Shown here: one piece after another, positions 10,363-21,137 of the stretch
How positions within the stretch are numbered: position 1 is the stretch's first letter
Layout of the letters: every line of letters starts with the position of its first letter
Source of the DNA: an uncultured Fibrobacterota bacterium
GTDB lineage: Bacteria; Fibrobacterota; Chitinivibrionia; Chitinivibrionales; FEN-1185
Assembly (NCBI GenBank): GCA_963753345.1
Contig: CAVWBU010000037.1
Location: forward strand, 1-38,323
Reading direction: 5' to 3'
Length of the DNA stretch: 38,323 nucleotides
Program-made: the position numbers and the translations under genes
The notes under the pieces: generated by a model
The model's database searches: none
What the model was told of the DNA's origin: nothing
The model's input: only the letters and a program-made list of their open reading frames with translations

Positions 10363-11520
10363 CTACTCCCCTGCCGCGGCGCCCTTGATAAGAGCGAGCG
10401 CGATCTCGTTGCGCTGGATCTGGTTCGTGCCCTCGTAGATCTGGGTGATTTTGGCGTCGCGCATCCGCTTTTCCATGGGATATTCGCGCATGTAGCCGTA
10501 GCCGCCCATCACCTGCACCGCGTCCACCGTAACCTTCATGGCGGTGTCGGAGCAGAACAACTTGGTCATGGCCGACTCCTTTGAGAACTTCTTTTCGCCT
10601 GCGTCAATGGTCCTTGCGGTGGCGTACATCAGGGCGCGCGCAGCTTCAACCTGGGTCGCCATGTCGGCGAGCATGTGCTGAATCGCCTGGAACGACGAGA
10701 TGGGAGTGCCGAACTGTACGCGCTCGCGGGAATATTTCACCGCTTCTTCGAGAGCGCCCGCGGCAATTCCCAGCGCCTGCGCACCCACGCCGGGACGCGA
10801 ATAGTTGAGCGTGTTGATAGTCACAATGGCGCCCATGCCCTCGCGCGAGAGCAGATTCGCCTTGGGTATTTTGCAGTCCTGAAACACGAGTTCGGTAGTG
10901 CTTGACGCGCGGATTCCCATTTTGTCCTCGTGCTTGCCGAAGGTGAATCCCGGCGTGCCTTTTTCCACGATAAACGCGCTGATGCCGCGCGCGCCCTTTG
11001 CAGCGTTGGTCTTGGCCATAACCGTGTATATCTCCGCATTTTCACCATTGGTGATCCACTGCTTCGTGCCGTTTATCACGTACTGGTCTCCCTGAAGCAC
11101 CGCGGTCGTTTTCATGCCCAGCGCGTCGGAACCGGCATTCGCCTCGGTGAGACCGAAGGCAGCGAGCTTCTTTCCAGCTGCGATGTCGGGAAGGTATTTC
11201 TTCTTCTGTTCCTCGGTGCCGAACAGAAGGATGGGAAACGTGCCGAGCGCCGTGGCCGCGATGGCGAGTGAGATGCCGCCGTCCACCTTCGACATTTCCT
11301 CAACCGCAAGGCAAAGGTCAAGCACACCGCCGCCAAACCCGCCGTATTGTTCCGGAATGTAAAGCCCGCACAAGCCGGCCTCAGCGGCGGCTTTCACCAC
11401 GTCCCAGGGAAAAATGCCGTCCCGGTCGTAATGCTCGCGGACCGGAAGGATCTTCTTGTGCGCGAGCTCCCGTGCGGTATCAACGATCATCTGCTGTTCT
11501 TCGGTGAGAAACCAGTTCAT
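10363..11520 (-). CDS. Acyl-CoA dehydrogenase (short-chain/butyryl-CoA type)
   Basis: AFGLTEANAGSDA, INGTKQWITNG, EDKMGIRAS, RVQFGTPI, QVMGGYGY..EYP, KITQIYEGTNQIQR. Confidence 0.95.
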   Translation of the reverse strand: MNWFLTEEQQMIVDTARELAHKKILPVREHYDRDGIFPWDVVKAAAEAGLCGLYIPEQYGGFGGGVLDLCLAVEEMSKVDGGISLAIAATALGTFPILLFGTEEQKKKYLPDIAAGKKLAAFGLTEANAGSDALGMKTTAVLQGDQYVINGTKQWITNGENAEIYTVMAKTNAAKGARGISAFIVEKGTPGFTFGKHEDKMGIRASSTTELVFQDCKIPKANLLSREGMGAIVTINTLNYSRPGVGAQALGIAAGALEEAVKYSRERVQFGTPISSFQAIQHMLADMATQVEAARALMYATARTIDAGEKKFSKESAMTKLFCSDTAMKVTVDAVQVMGGYGYMREYPMEKRMRDAKITQIYEGTNQIQRNEIALALIKGAAAGE

Positions 11521-12311
11521 GGGATCGGTGCTCCTTTACTTTGAGTGATTGTTTCCCTGCTGTATGCCTTGAGCGCCTCGCGCGCGGCGTTCTGCTCCGC
11601 GAGCTTCTTGTTGGGGCCCGCGCCTTCGCCGAGCGCCACGCCGCCCACTTCGATGCGGACGGTGAATTCCTTGGCGTGTTCGGGCCCGACGGCCGACACC
11701 ACCCGGTACCGCGGAATGCCGAACCCGTCCCGCTGGGAAAGTTCGAGGATCCTGCTCTTGTAATTGATGTTGCTCTCGTCCCGCAGAAACGCGTCGATGC
11801 CGCCGAACAGGAAGCGCGACAAAAACCGTCTCGCCTTGTGAAGCCCGCCGTCAAGGTATAAAGCGCCCAAGAGCGCCTCGAAGGCGTTGGACAGGATCGA
11901 CATGCGCTCCTTGCCGCCCGACTTGCGCTCCGAGTACCCGAAAATCATGTACTCGCCTATGTTGAGCGCATAGGCGATCTCGCCGAGGATCTTCCGGCTC
12001 ACCACCAGGGACTTTACTTTCGACAGCTGACCTTCGGACCTGGTGGGATACGCCTGGTACAGGTGCTCGGTGATAAGGCAATTGAGCACCGCATCGCCGA
12101 GGAACTCCAGCCGCTCGTTGGACATGAGGCCCTTCTTGTCGTCCGGGCCGACGCTTGACTTATGCGTGAGGGCGAGCGTGAGCAGGTCGGCGTCGCGGAA
12201 CCGGTAGCCGATTGCCTTCTGGAACGTTTCGACCGACGTCCGGCCGCGGTCCGGCTTTCGAAAGGGGAATATGAACCTGAGAAAGTCGCCTGGCCCGCTA
12301 CGCCGCTTCAT
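11517..12311 (-). CDS. rnc: Ribonuclease III
   Basis: ALTHKS, NERLEFLGDAVL signature, FEALLGALYLD, C-terminal dsRBD (NYKSRILELSQ...KKLAEQNAA). Probable start ATG 12311 overlaps the fabF end. Confidence 0.95.
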   Translation of the reverse strand: MKRRSGPGDFLRFIFPFRKPDRGRTSVETFQKAIGYRFRDADLLTLALTHKSSVGPDDKKGLMSNERLEFLGDAVLNCLITEHLYQAYPTRSEGQLSKVKSLVVSRKILGEIAYALNIGEYMIFGYSERKSGGKERMSILSNAFEALLGALYLDGGLHKARRFLSRFLFGGIDAFLRDESNINYKSRILELSQRDGFGIPRYRVVSAVGPEHAKEFTVRIEVGGVALGEGAGPNKKLAEQNAAREALKAYSRETITQSKGAPIP

Positions 12312-13545
12312 ACTTTGCGACAACCAGAGACACATTGTGGCCGCCGAAGCCGAAGGAGTTGCTCATGGCGTACCGCACGGTCCGCTTCACGGCGGTGTTC
12401 GGCGTGTAGTTGAGGTCGCACTCCGGGTCGGGGTCTTCGTAGTTGATGGTGGGGTGGACAATGTCACGGCACACGGCAAGCGTGGTCGCGACGAATTCGA
12501 TGCCGCCCGACGCGCCGAGCAGATGGCCCGTCATTGACTTTGTGGAACTGATGTTGATTTTCTGGGCGTATTCGCCGAACACCTTCTTGATGGCGATGGT
12601 CTCGAGCTTGTCGTTAAGCTCGGTGGAGGTGCCGTGCGCGTTGATGTAGTCGATGGCGGAAGGCTTCAGTCCCGCCGACGCAAGCGCCATGGCCATGGAG
12701 CGCTGGGCGCCCTCGCCGTCGGGAGACGGCGCAGTGAGGTGGAACGCGTCGCCGGTGGCGCCGTACCCGATAAGCTCGCAGTAGATTCGCGCCTTGCGCG
12801 CCTGGGCATGTTCGAGCGTTTCGAGCACGATGATCCCCGCGCCTTCGCCCATCACGAACCCGTCGCGCTTCTTGTCAAACGGACAACTGGCCTTCTGCGG
12901 ATGTTCGTTGCGCGTGGACAGCGCCTTGAGCGAGCAGAACCCCGCATAGGACAGCGGCGTGATGGCGGCCTCGGACCCGCCGCAGACCGCAACATCCATC
13001 ATGCCGGCCCTGAGCATGAGGAACGAATCGCCGATGGCATGGCCGGCGGAAGCGCACGCGCTCACCGCGCTGTAGTTCGGCCCTTTAAGCCCGTACCCGA
13101 TGGAAACCCTTCCGGCTGCCATGTCGGTTATCATCATGGGAATAAGAAACGGCGAAACGCGTCCCGGACCGCGTGAAATCAATTTGCTGTGTTCGCCTTC
13201 CAGCGTCCTGAGGCCGCCCACGCCCGAACCGATGACGGTCCCGATACGGGTGAGGTCTTCGCGTCCAAGGTCGAGCCCGGCGTCCTTTATCGCCTGGTCT
13301 GAGGCGACCATGGCAAAAAGGATGAAGCGATCGGTCCTGTTGACCTCTTTGAGGTCCACGAGGTTTCCGACGTCGAAGTTTCCCACCTCACCCGCTATCT
13401 TCGACGGGTAATTCGTTGTGTCGAACGTGGTGATGGGCCCGAGACCGGATTTTCCCGAGCACAAGGAGTCCCAGTACGTTTCCACGGTGTTGCCAATGGG
13501 ATTTATGGTCCCCAGGCCGGTGACCACTACTCGCTTCGAAATCAC
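12298..13545 (-). CDS. fabF: 3-oxoacyl-ACP synthase II
   Basis: RVVVTGLG, SACAS active-site Cys, YINAHGTST, STKSMTGHLLGA, SNSFGFGGHN. Confidence 0.97.
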   Translation of the reverse strand: MISKRVVVTGLGTINPIGNTVETYWDSLCSGKSGLGPITTFDTTNYPSKIAGEVGNFDVGNLVDLKEVNRTDRFILFAMVASDQAIKDAGLDLGREDLTRIGTVIGSGVGGLRTLEGEHSKLISRGPGRVSPFLIPMMITDMAAGRVSIGYGLKGPNYSAVSACASAGHAIGDSFLMLRAGMMDVAVCGGSEAAITPLSYAGFCSLKALSTRNEHPQKASCPFDKKRDGFVMGEGAGIIVLETLEHAQARKARIYCELIGYGATGDAFHLTAPSPDGEGAQRSMAMALASAGLKPSAIDYINAHGTSTELNDKLETIAIKKVFGEYAQKINISSTKSMTGHLLGASGGIEFVATTLAVCRDIVHPTINYEDPDPECDLNYTPNTAVKRTVRYAMSNSFGFGGHNVSLVVAKYEAA

Positions 13546-13565
13546 GGAGCTGCTTTCGTTGTTGG

Positions 13566-13799
13566 TTAGAGCTTCTTTTCGAGGTAGTCCGTGGCGTCCT
13601 TGACCGTGCGGAGCTTTTCGGCGTCCTCGTCAGGGATCTCAATGTCAAACGCATCTTCAAAAGCCATGATGAGCTCCACCTGATCGAGTGAATCCGCGCC
13701 AAGATCTTCGACAAATGAAGCCTGTGGCGTCACCTTGTCTTCCGAGACGCCGAGCTTCTCCGCGATAATCTGCTTAATCTTGGTTTCTTTCTCGCTCAC
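13566..13799 (-). CDS. acpP: Acyl carrier protein
   Basis: DLGADSLD phosphopantetheine motif; AAGGAG RBS. Confidence 0.97.
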   Translation of the reverse strand: MSEKETKIKQIIAEKLGVSEDKVTPQASFVEDLGADSLDQVELIMAFEDAFDIEIPDEDAEKLRTVKDATDYLEKKL

Positions 13800-13872
13800 A
13801 CTGAACTCCTTTCAAGAGTGTTAAGGATGTACTTGATGTTGTTTTCGTTCCTATAAAATGATTTTCCCCGCA

Positions 13873-14616
13873 TCACATTACAAGCCCGCCGTCAACCGCA
13901 AGCACCTGCCCGGTGATATAATCGGAGAGGCTTGACGCAAGAAAAAGAACCGTGTTCGCGACGTCGACCGGCTGTCCGAGACGCTGCATGGGAATCTGCG
14001 ACGCAAGCTTCTCCCTGTCCTGCAGGGAAAGCCTGTCGGTCATAGCCGTCTGGATGAACCCCGGCGCCACGGCGTTCACCTGGATGTTGCGGCTTGCGAA
14101 TTCCCGCGCCAGCGACTTGGTGAGACCGATGAGCCCCGCTTTCGACGCCGAATAGTTTGCCTGACCCGCGTTGCCGATGATGCCCACCACCGATGCGATG
14201 TTCACCATCTTGCCGCTTCTTGCCTTCATCATGGACCGGGCGGCTTCTTTGCAGAACAGGAATGCGCTCTTGAGGTTGACGGAGAGGACCAGGTCCCAGT
14301 CCTCCTCCTTCATGCGCACGATAAGCCCGTCCCGCGTGATGCCCGCGTTGTTGACAAGAATATCGAGCGTGGGAAACGCGGCCCCGAACGCCGAAACCGC
14401 ATCCGCGACGTCGGAGGCCTTGGCAACGTCGCAGCAAAGGGAAACGGAGGTCCGGCCCAGCGCCTGCACTTCCCCGGCGGTGGACTGCGCCGTTGCGGCG
14501 TCGAGGTCGCACACCGCAACGTTGGCACCCGCCTTCGCAAGCGTAAGCGCCACTGCCCTGCCGATGCCGCGGCCCGCCCCGGTCACGAGAGCATTCTTGC
14601 CAGCCAATTGTATCAA
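13873..14616 (-). CDS. fabG: 3-oxoacyl-ACP reductase
   Basis: TGAGRGIG, NNAGITRD, YSASK SDR motifs; located in the fab cluster. Confidence 0.96.
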   Translation of the reverse strand: MIQLAGKNALVTGAGRGIGRAVALTLAKAGANVAVCDLDAATAQSTAGEVQALGRTSVSLCCDVAKASDVADAVSAFGAAFPTLDILVNNAGITRDGLIVRMKEEDWDLVLSVNLKSAFLFCKEAARSMMKARSGKMVNIASVVGIIGNAGQANYSASKAGLIGLTKSLAREFASRNIQVNAVAPGFIQTAMTDRLSLQDREKLASQIPMQRLGQPVDVANTVLFLASSLSDYITGQVLAVDGGLVM

Positions 14617-14698
14617 ACCGTGAACTCCGGATTTGATTTTGCAGTGCCGTGAGCCAGAAAAAACACGTCAAAGGCGGTTGAACCGCGCACAAAACGGC

Positions 14699-15613
14699 TC
14701 AAGGAACCATAGAATATACGTCTTCAACCCTTCCGCATGGAACAACATTGAGGGACGAATTGCACTTTTTGACGAGACCGGACAGCACCGCGCCGGGCCC
14801 GATCTCACAGCATGTCCCGGGGTCGTTTTTCGCGATCACGGCCGCCGATTCCACCCAGCGGACGGGCGAGGTGAGCTGCTTGACAAGAAGTGACTTGAGG
14901 GAGGCCCCCGATTGCTCCATGGCCGCCGTCACGTTGGCCACCACCGGGCACGCGGCGTTGTTGAAGGCAAACTGCCGCAGAAAAGCGGCGAACTCCTCTG
15001 CCGAAGGCGCCATGAGCGGCGAGTGGAACGCGCCGCTCACGCTGAGCATGACCGCGCGCCGCGCGCCGGCCTTTTTGAGCGACTCGCAGGCCTGCGTGAC
15101 CGCGGCAACGTCGCCGGAAATAACGGTCTGGTCCGGGCTATTCTCGTTCGCGCACACCACGGTGCCCTTGACAGCCGCGAGACTTTCCAGAATCCTGTCT
15201 TTGGAAAGACCGATGACCGCCGCCATGGTGCCCGGCATTATCGCGCCGGCGCGCGCCATGAGCGCTCCGCGCTTCGCCACAATGGCCAGCCCGTCCTCAA
15301 ACGAAAACACGCCGGCTGCGTACAGGGCGCCGTACTCGCCGAGGGAATGCCCCGCCGCAAGCGAGGGCACGATTCCTTTTTCCTTGAGGACATCGGCGAT
15401 GATTGATTCCACAACAAACAGCGCAGGCTGCGTGTTCTCCGTCCGGGTGAGTTCCTCCTCGGGTCCGCCGAAAATAATCGACGAAAGGTCACGGCCCAGA
15501 ATCTTGTTGCAGTCGTCAATTCGCCTCTTGGCGCTATCAAACGAATCGTAGAAGTCACGCCCCATGCCCACTTTCTGGGAACCCTGGCCGGGGAAAAGAA
15601 GCGTGTATCGCAT
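14699..15613 (-). CDS. fabD: Malonyl-CoA:ACP transacylase
   Basis: FPGQGSQ, TQPAL, GHSLGEY, SGAFHSPLM; start taken at ATG 15613. Confidence 0.96.
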   Translation of the reverse strand: MRYTLLFPGQGSQKVGMGRDFYDSFDSAKRRIDDCNKILGRDLSSIIFGGPEEELTRTENTQPALFVVESIIADVLKEKGIVPSLAAGHSLGEYGALYAAGVFSFEDGLAIVAKRGALMARAGAIMPGTMAAVIGLSKDRILESLAAVKGTVVCANENSPDQTVISGDVAAVTQACESLKKAGARRAVMLSVSGAFHSPLMAPSAEEFAAFLRQFAFNNAACPVVANVTAAMEQSGASLKSLLVKQLTSPVRWVESAAVIAKNDPGTCCEIGPGAVLSGLVKKCNSSLNVVPCGRVEDVYSMVP

Positions 15614-15633
15614 CAGACAAGCTCCATTTGTTG

Positions 15634-16596
<963 letters not shown>

Positions 16597-16597
16597 C

Positions 16598-17594
16598 TTA
16601 GCGTGTGCCTTTCGCAATGGTTGCTGCGTCCGCGGTCAGCGCGCGCGTCCGCACTGCGGAAATCGCGGCAAGGATGGCGTTCGCAATCGATCTCGACGTT
16701 GAGCTTCCGTGCGCCTTGAGGACCGCCCCCCGAATGCCGAGAAACGGGACGGCGCCGTAGTTTTCGGGATTGAGCACGCCGTCCATGGCGCCTTCGAACT
16801 TCTCGATCAGTCCGGGTTTTTCGGCGAGCACGCCGCGGGCGAGAGAGTAGAAGCTTTCGCACGCCTTAAGCAGCACGTTTCCCACGAAGCCGTCGCACAC
16901 CGACCACGTCGGCCTCGCCGCGGAGAACCCCCGAGCCTTCTATGAATCCGGCATACCCTTTGCAAACCTTGGCGAGTTTCTGTCCGGCTTCAAACAGCAC
17001 CCGGGTTCCCTTCGAGGGTTCTTCTCCAATGTTAAGCAACCTGAGCCTCGGCGACGGATTATTGCAGAATTTCTTAACATACGAGTATCCCATCTGACCA
17101 AAGCACACAAGATGGTCCACCCGGCAGTTGAGGTTCGCTCCAACGTCCAGGAGCAGGACCTGCCCCCTTCCCGCCGTGGGAAGAAACGCCGCAAGAGCGG
17201 GCCGGAGCGTGCCTGACTGGCGGCCCAGAATGAAAAGCGCGGCGCTCATGAGAATGCCGGTATCGCCCGCGCTTATGGATGCGTCGACACGGCCCTGTTT
17301 CTGCAGCGTAACGATCCGTATGATCGGCGCATCGGTCCTGGTTTTCCAGACCCGCGTGGGAACGTCGTCTGGTCCGACGCTGTTGCCGCAATGTTCCACG
17401 ATCAGCCGGCCGGAGCAGCCGTTTTCCGTCACGCCAATTTCGTCCATGAGACCGCGGATTTTTTTTTCATCGCCGCACAGATAGGCGACGAACGGGTCCC
17501 GCGATAGGCGCTCTGCTTCCAGAATTCCGTTGAGGATAACCCTGGAACCGTTATCACCGCTCATGACGTCAATGGCCAAGCGTATGGGGCGCAT
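16598..17594 (-). CDS. plsX: Phosphate acyltransferase PlsX (1-nt insertion near 16901 splits it into two ORFs)
   Basis: LAIDVMSGD, SAGDTG, RPALA, LLDVGAN, LLNIGEE in ORF 16866..17639, continuing as CDGFVGNVLLK...YGAVPFLG...KAHGSS in ORF 16598..16900. Confidence 0.92.
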
Positions 17595-17635
17595 GATCAC
17601 TCTGGCAAATGAGGTACGGTTGCTCGCTGCGCGGT

Positions 17636-17815
17636 TCAATCTTCGGGCTGGATTCTTTCAACCCCGGCGTAGAACCCGCAGTTCTGGCATACGTGATGCG
17701 CCATTTTCGGCTGCTTGCAGTGCGAGCACAGCGTGAAGGCCGTTGGCTTGAGCTTGAAATGCGTCCTGCGTTTGTCGCGCCGTGTGCTGGATATTCGCCT
17801 TTTCGGGAGAGCCAT
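17636..17815 (-). CDS. rpmF: 50S ribosomal protein L32 (zinc-ribbon form)
   Basis: Below the ORF-track cutoff. Manual translation MALPKRRISSTRRDKRRTHFKLKPTAFTLCSHCKQPKMAHHVCQNCGFYAGVERIQPED* (59 aa); AGGAGG RBS. Confidence 0.96.
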   Translation of the reverse strand: MALPKRRISSTRRDKRRTHFKLKPTAFTLCSHCKQPKMAHHVCQNCGFYAGVERIQPED

Positions 17816-17851
17816 TGTTCCTCCTGTGGATGGTCCTGGTTTTTCTTTTGT

Positions 17852-18367
17852 CTACGTTGACGCCTTGTTTCTGAGCCGCTCCAGCGCTTCCCACCGCGGG
17901 TCGACGGCCTTCCCGGGTCGATGAAATTCGACGGAAATTGCCGAATCGCCCTTGATCCCGATGCCCCTGCATTCCTCGGAGCAAAGCGGCTTCATGGGCA
18001 CCGAGAGCAGTATCTCGTCGAAAATAAACGGCGAAAGGTCGACATCGCCGGATGCATCGTCAAAAACGAGATCAACCTCTTCTTCCGGAAGATGATTGCG
18101 GCCGCCCGACCGGCCCTTCTCCTGCATCACGAGCCGGAATTCTCCCTGTACCGACTGGCGCACCGGCCCGAGACACCGCGAACATTGCAGGTGAAGCACG
18201 CACGCAAACCGCACCCGTGCGTGAATCTGCGCCTGGATTCTGTCAAGATCTGCGGTGCAGGAAACCGCGCCGTCCAGCACAAGCCCCTGCGTGTTGTCGT
18301 CCGGCGCCGTCACGTTCTGAGCGACAACGCTGCGCCCTTCGGGCACTCGATGTATGGTGATGCGCAT
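17852..18367 (-). CDS. yceD: DUF177/YceD family protein
   Basis: CSRCL and DEILLSVPMKPLCSEECRG...DPRWEAL motifs; canonical position upstream of rpmF; start ATG 18367. Confidence 0.88.
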   Translation of the reverse strand: MRITIHRVPEGRSVVAQNVTAPDDNTQGLVLDGAVSCTADLDRIQAQIHARVRFACVLHLQCSRCLGPVRQSVQGEFRLVMQEKGRSGGRNHLPEEEVDLVFDDASGDVDLSPFIFDEILLSVPMKPLCSEECRGIGIKGDSAISVEFHRPGKAVDPRWEALERLRNKAST

Positions 18368-18382
18368 GATAGCAAAACTGTC

Positions 18383-18412
18383 AAAATACTTTGAAAGGCC
18401 GAAAACTGTCAA
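18383..18412 (-). promoter_or_regulatory. Candidate sigma70 promoter for yceD-rpmF-plsX-fab, overlapping an 11-bp direct repeat
   Basis: Minus strand TTGACA-N18-TATTTT; TTGACAGTTTT occurs twice (18374-18384, 18402-18412). Confidence 0.45.
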
Positions 18413-18521
18413 GGAAACAATGTGGCAGCTGCGCTCGAAGGAAGGATGGGGGCCGCGAGCGCGTGCGGTCGGTGGAATGCGGAACCGGCAAAGAACACGG
18501 ACTTTGCCGGGCCCCGGAGTC

Positions 18522-19199
18522 TTACTGCTGGCTGCTGAGCGATGAAATAAGGCTGCCGGCTTTCTCAAAATTGTCGTGGGCGCTTCTTGCTTTCTGCCTC
18601 ATGATACGCTCGCGCAGCTCCTCCTGAGCCGTGTCTTCGGCCTTGTAGTAAAGCACCGCATACTGCGCCGCCTCGGCGAGCGTCTTGAGTCCTTCCTTGA
18701 TCTGGTTCGCGCATTCGGAAAATGCGTTGTCGGCGATGGCGATTTTGCCGAACTCCACGGTCAGGTCTTCGCATTTGCGTTTTGCCTCGGCCGCCCTTCC
18801 CACGAGACCGTCGAGCTCCAGGGACTGGTCGCGCATGTCCATGTTGGAAAGTTGACCGGCAAGCGCACTGGCGCCGGAGACAATCGCCGTGAGCCTTCCG
18901 GCAAGCCCGAGCCGCTCCTTATTCTCCTTCATGGCCGACTGGTACTGCTGATCGTGCGACTGCAACTGTTCCTCGGCCTTCTGCTTTTCCTGTTCGAGCC
19001 GCTTGACCTCTTCCCTGTTTCTTATGTTCTGGTCGTTGTTGACATACTGCACCGTGACCCAGACCGTCCCGGCCAGGATGACCGTGGCGATAAGATAGGA
19101 AATGGAGAGCCTTGTCGGCCCATGCGAATTGATCGCCACCATGTAGGCCAACAGCGTTATTCCGCCCATTACCGCAAGCAGAAGAATTTCCACGCTCAT
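18522..19199 (-). CDS. Hypothetical membrane protein (2 N-terminal TM helices plus coiled coil)
   Basis: 225-aa ORF with two hydrophobic segments followed by an EQEKQKAEEQ-type coiled coil; AAAGGA RBS. Confidence 0.75.
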   Translation of the reverse strand: MSVEILLLAVMGGITLLAYMVAINSHGPTRLSISYLIATVILAGTVWVTVQYVNNDQNIRNREEVKRLEQEKQKAEEQLQSHDQQYQSAMKENKERLGLAGRLTAIVSGASALAGQLSNMDMRDQSLELDGLVGRAAEAKRKCEDLTVEFGKIAIADNAFSECANQIKEGLKTLAEAAQYAVLYYKAEDTAQEELRERIMRQKARSAHDNFEKAGSLISSLSSQQ

Positions 19200-19290
19200 G
19201 TTTCAATCCTTTTCAAGGGGGTTGAAATCCGGGGCCACACCAAAAATACCGAACGCCGCATCATCGGGGCAATGCGCAGGCGTGCCGCCG

Positions 19291-19752
19291 TCAAAACGGC
19301 AGGTCGTCGGATGCGTTTGCCGGACCGGCCGCGGGCGCCGCCTGGTCGAAATCAGCAGACGGCTCGGCCACTGTGTCCTGACCCGCGGAGGCCTCCGGAG
19401 CCGGAGCGCCCGCTCCCTGACCAGGACCGCCGAGAAACTGCACGGTATTTGCGACTATTTCGGTCTTGTATTTCTTATTTCCGTCGCGGTCGTCCCACGA
19501 CCGCGTGGTGATTCTTCCCTCAACGTAGGCCGACCGCCCCTTCTTAAGATACTGGTTCACATTCTCTGCGGGTTTACCGTATACCACGATATTGTGCCAC
19601 TCGGTGCGTTCCTGGCGCTTGCCGGTTTTATCGGTCCATTTCTCGGTTGTCGCAAGAGAAAACGTGGCGACCGCCTGGCCGCTCGGAAGGTATTTGAGTT
19701 CCGGATCTTTCCCAAGATTCCCGATAAGAATCACCTTGTTCACGCCTGCCAT
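19291..19752 (-). CDS. ssb: Single-stranded DNA-binding protein
   Basis: [26 protein letters not shown]-terminal DDLPF. Confidence 0.98.
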   Translation of the reverse strand: MAGVNKVILIGNLGKDPELKYLPSGQAVATFSLATTEKWTDKTGKRQERTEWHNIVVYGKPAENVNQYLKKGRSAYVEGRITTRSWDDRDGNKKYKTEIVANTVQFLGGPGQGAGAPAPEASAGQDTVAEPSADFDQAAPAAGPANASDDLPF

Positions 19753-19934
19753 GGTCCCTCCGCTTGATCTGCTGATACACGAAATGAGTGGTAATGATAA
19801 TCTACATTATGTGAAGGCCGGGGCAAAAGATTGAGGATTTTTGACTGCTGATTGAGAAGAAGGCAAACCGACAGCCTGCGCAGCGAAGCGCCACGGCTGC
19901 CTTGGCGGACCTTTACCATAGCGGCAGGCAACAG

Positions 19935-20061
19935 AGACTGTCTCAAAACCCTTCGTTCACCCTTCGACAAGCTCAGGGCGAACGGGAAACAGGCGAAATC
20001 TACTCAATATCGCCGCTCGTGCTGAGCGTGTCGAAGCATGCGGCGAGTTTTGAGACAGCCT
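19935..20061. mobile_element. MITE/REPIN-like element, variant with CTGTCTCAAAA-type ends
   Basis: Terminal inverted repeats agactgtctcaaaac / gttttgagacagcct (14/15) around the core CACCCTTCGACAAGCTCAGGGCGAACGG...CGTGCTGAGCGTGTCGAAGCATG shared with the 27898 and 37010 copies. Confidence 0.7.
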
Positions 20062-20072
20062 GAACATCCCCC

Positions 20073-20726
20073 TCACTGCAAACTAAAAAACAGTGCAATC
20101 CCCGCAGCAACGGCCACCAGCGCTATGGAAAGCGAAGTGACGACGGCAACAACCCGCGTTGTTTTCTTGTGCCGAACGTCGCGGTAGTCCGCTATCGGCT
20201 TGGCGATCGTCACGGAAAAGCCTTTGCCGCCGAGCATGGAAACGGAACCGTTCCACATGATTCCTCTGGTTTTCCCTTTGTCAACATCAACGATGACCCG
20301 CGTCTCGGTCCTCGTGAGCGCCATTCCGGTTTCAACGGTTCTCGCATGCAGCCATCTGAACGGGCTGTACGAAGGAAACTTGACGTCGTAATCATCCACG
20401 TCGGATTCGAAGACCTCGATCACCAGGTGACTCTGGCTGCTGTCAAAGTAGTACCAGTAATTGCCCGGCAGGCCGTTGCAGAAACATTGTAGCGTGAAAA
20501 AGAGGCTGTCGTGCCTGACCACGGGAATTCTTTCGACCCGGACCGAATCGATCCGGACTACTCTTGTCGGCTGCGGGGGCAGGGCCTCAGCCGCCCCGCT
20601 CAGTGCGGATGCAAGGACAACGGCGCACATCAGAGAGCGGGCCGCATCATTCGCGGATGAAAAAAGCATCAGGACCGCCTTGCCGCGGCGGAAAGCATGG
20701 GGCTGTTGAGGCTTTTGTGTGATCAT
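20073..20726 (-). CDS. Hypothetical protein with signal-like segment and C-terminal TM anchor
   Basis: 217-aa ORF with a hydrophobic C-terminus VVAVVTSLSIALVAVAAGIALFF; start uncertain. Confidence 0.6.
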   Translation of the reverse strand: MITQKPQQPHAFRRGKAVLMLFSSANDAARSLMCAVVLASALSGAAEALPPQPTRVVRIDSVRVERIPVVRHDSLFFTLQCFCNGLPGNYWYYFDSSQSHLVIEVFESDVDDYDVKFPSYSPFRWLHARTVETGMALTRTETRVIVDVDKGKTRGIMWNGSVSMLGGKGFSVTIAKPIADYRDVRHKKTTRVVAVVTSLSIALVAVAAGIALFFSLQ

Positions 20727-20898
20727 TGCGGCACGAGCGGAAAGCGTTCCTGTTTGTCATGGTTCTGCATCGCGCGGAAATGCCGCGCCTCTGTGCCAAC
20801 GACGATAGTATATCCCAATGATATTATATGTATTTTAACGTGAAGATTCGATAGAAAAATAGGGGTTGGCAGGATACCGATGAAAAAGACTCTTTATG

Positions 20899-21054
20899 AG
20901 GGGGAAGTTTCCCCCTCGCTGCGGTCCGGTCACGCTGCATTGTAAACAGAATTTCCTGAAGCGTGACCGTTCCTCCGCTACCCTCTCCAGGGTGGCCCCC
21001 AAGTAGGAGTATATGCAAGAATCAAACACCTGCGCGGGGGGCACCCACGAAGAG
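20899..21054 (-). repeat. Family-2 structured intergenic repeat, copy B
   Basis: Reverse complement reads CTCTTCGTGGGTGCCCCCC...TTGATTCTTGC...TTGGGGGCCACCCTGGAGAGGG...AGGGGGAAACTTCCCCCT. Confidence 0.85.
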
Positions 21055-21137
21055 TCGTTGCGCCGGGTGCTCTTCTTGCTTTGTCACTTTGTTACTTTGT
21101 CAACCGTCTCTCTTCTTGACAGGAGTTTAACTATCCA

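Noticed and set aside
16598-17639. Genuinely split plsX
   Set aside because: A single extra G in the conserved DVVVCDGF motif explains the split.
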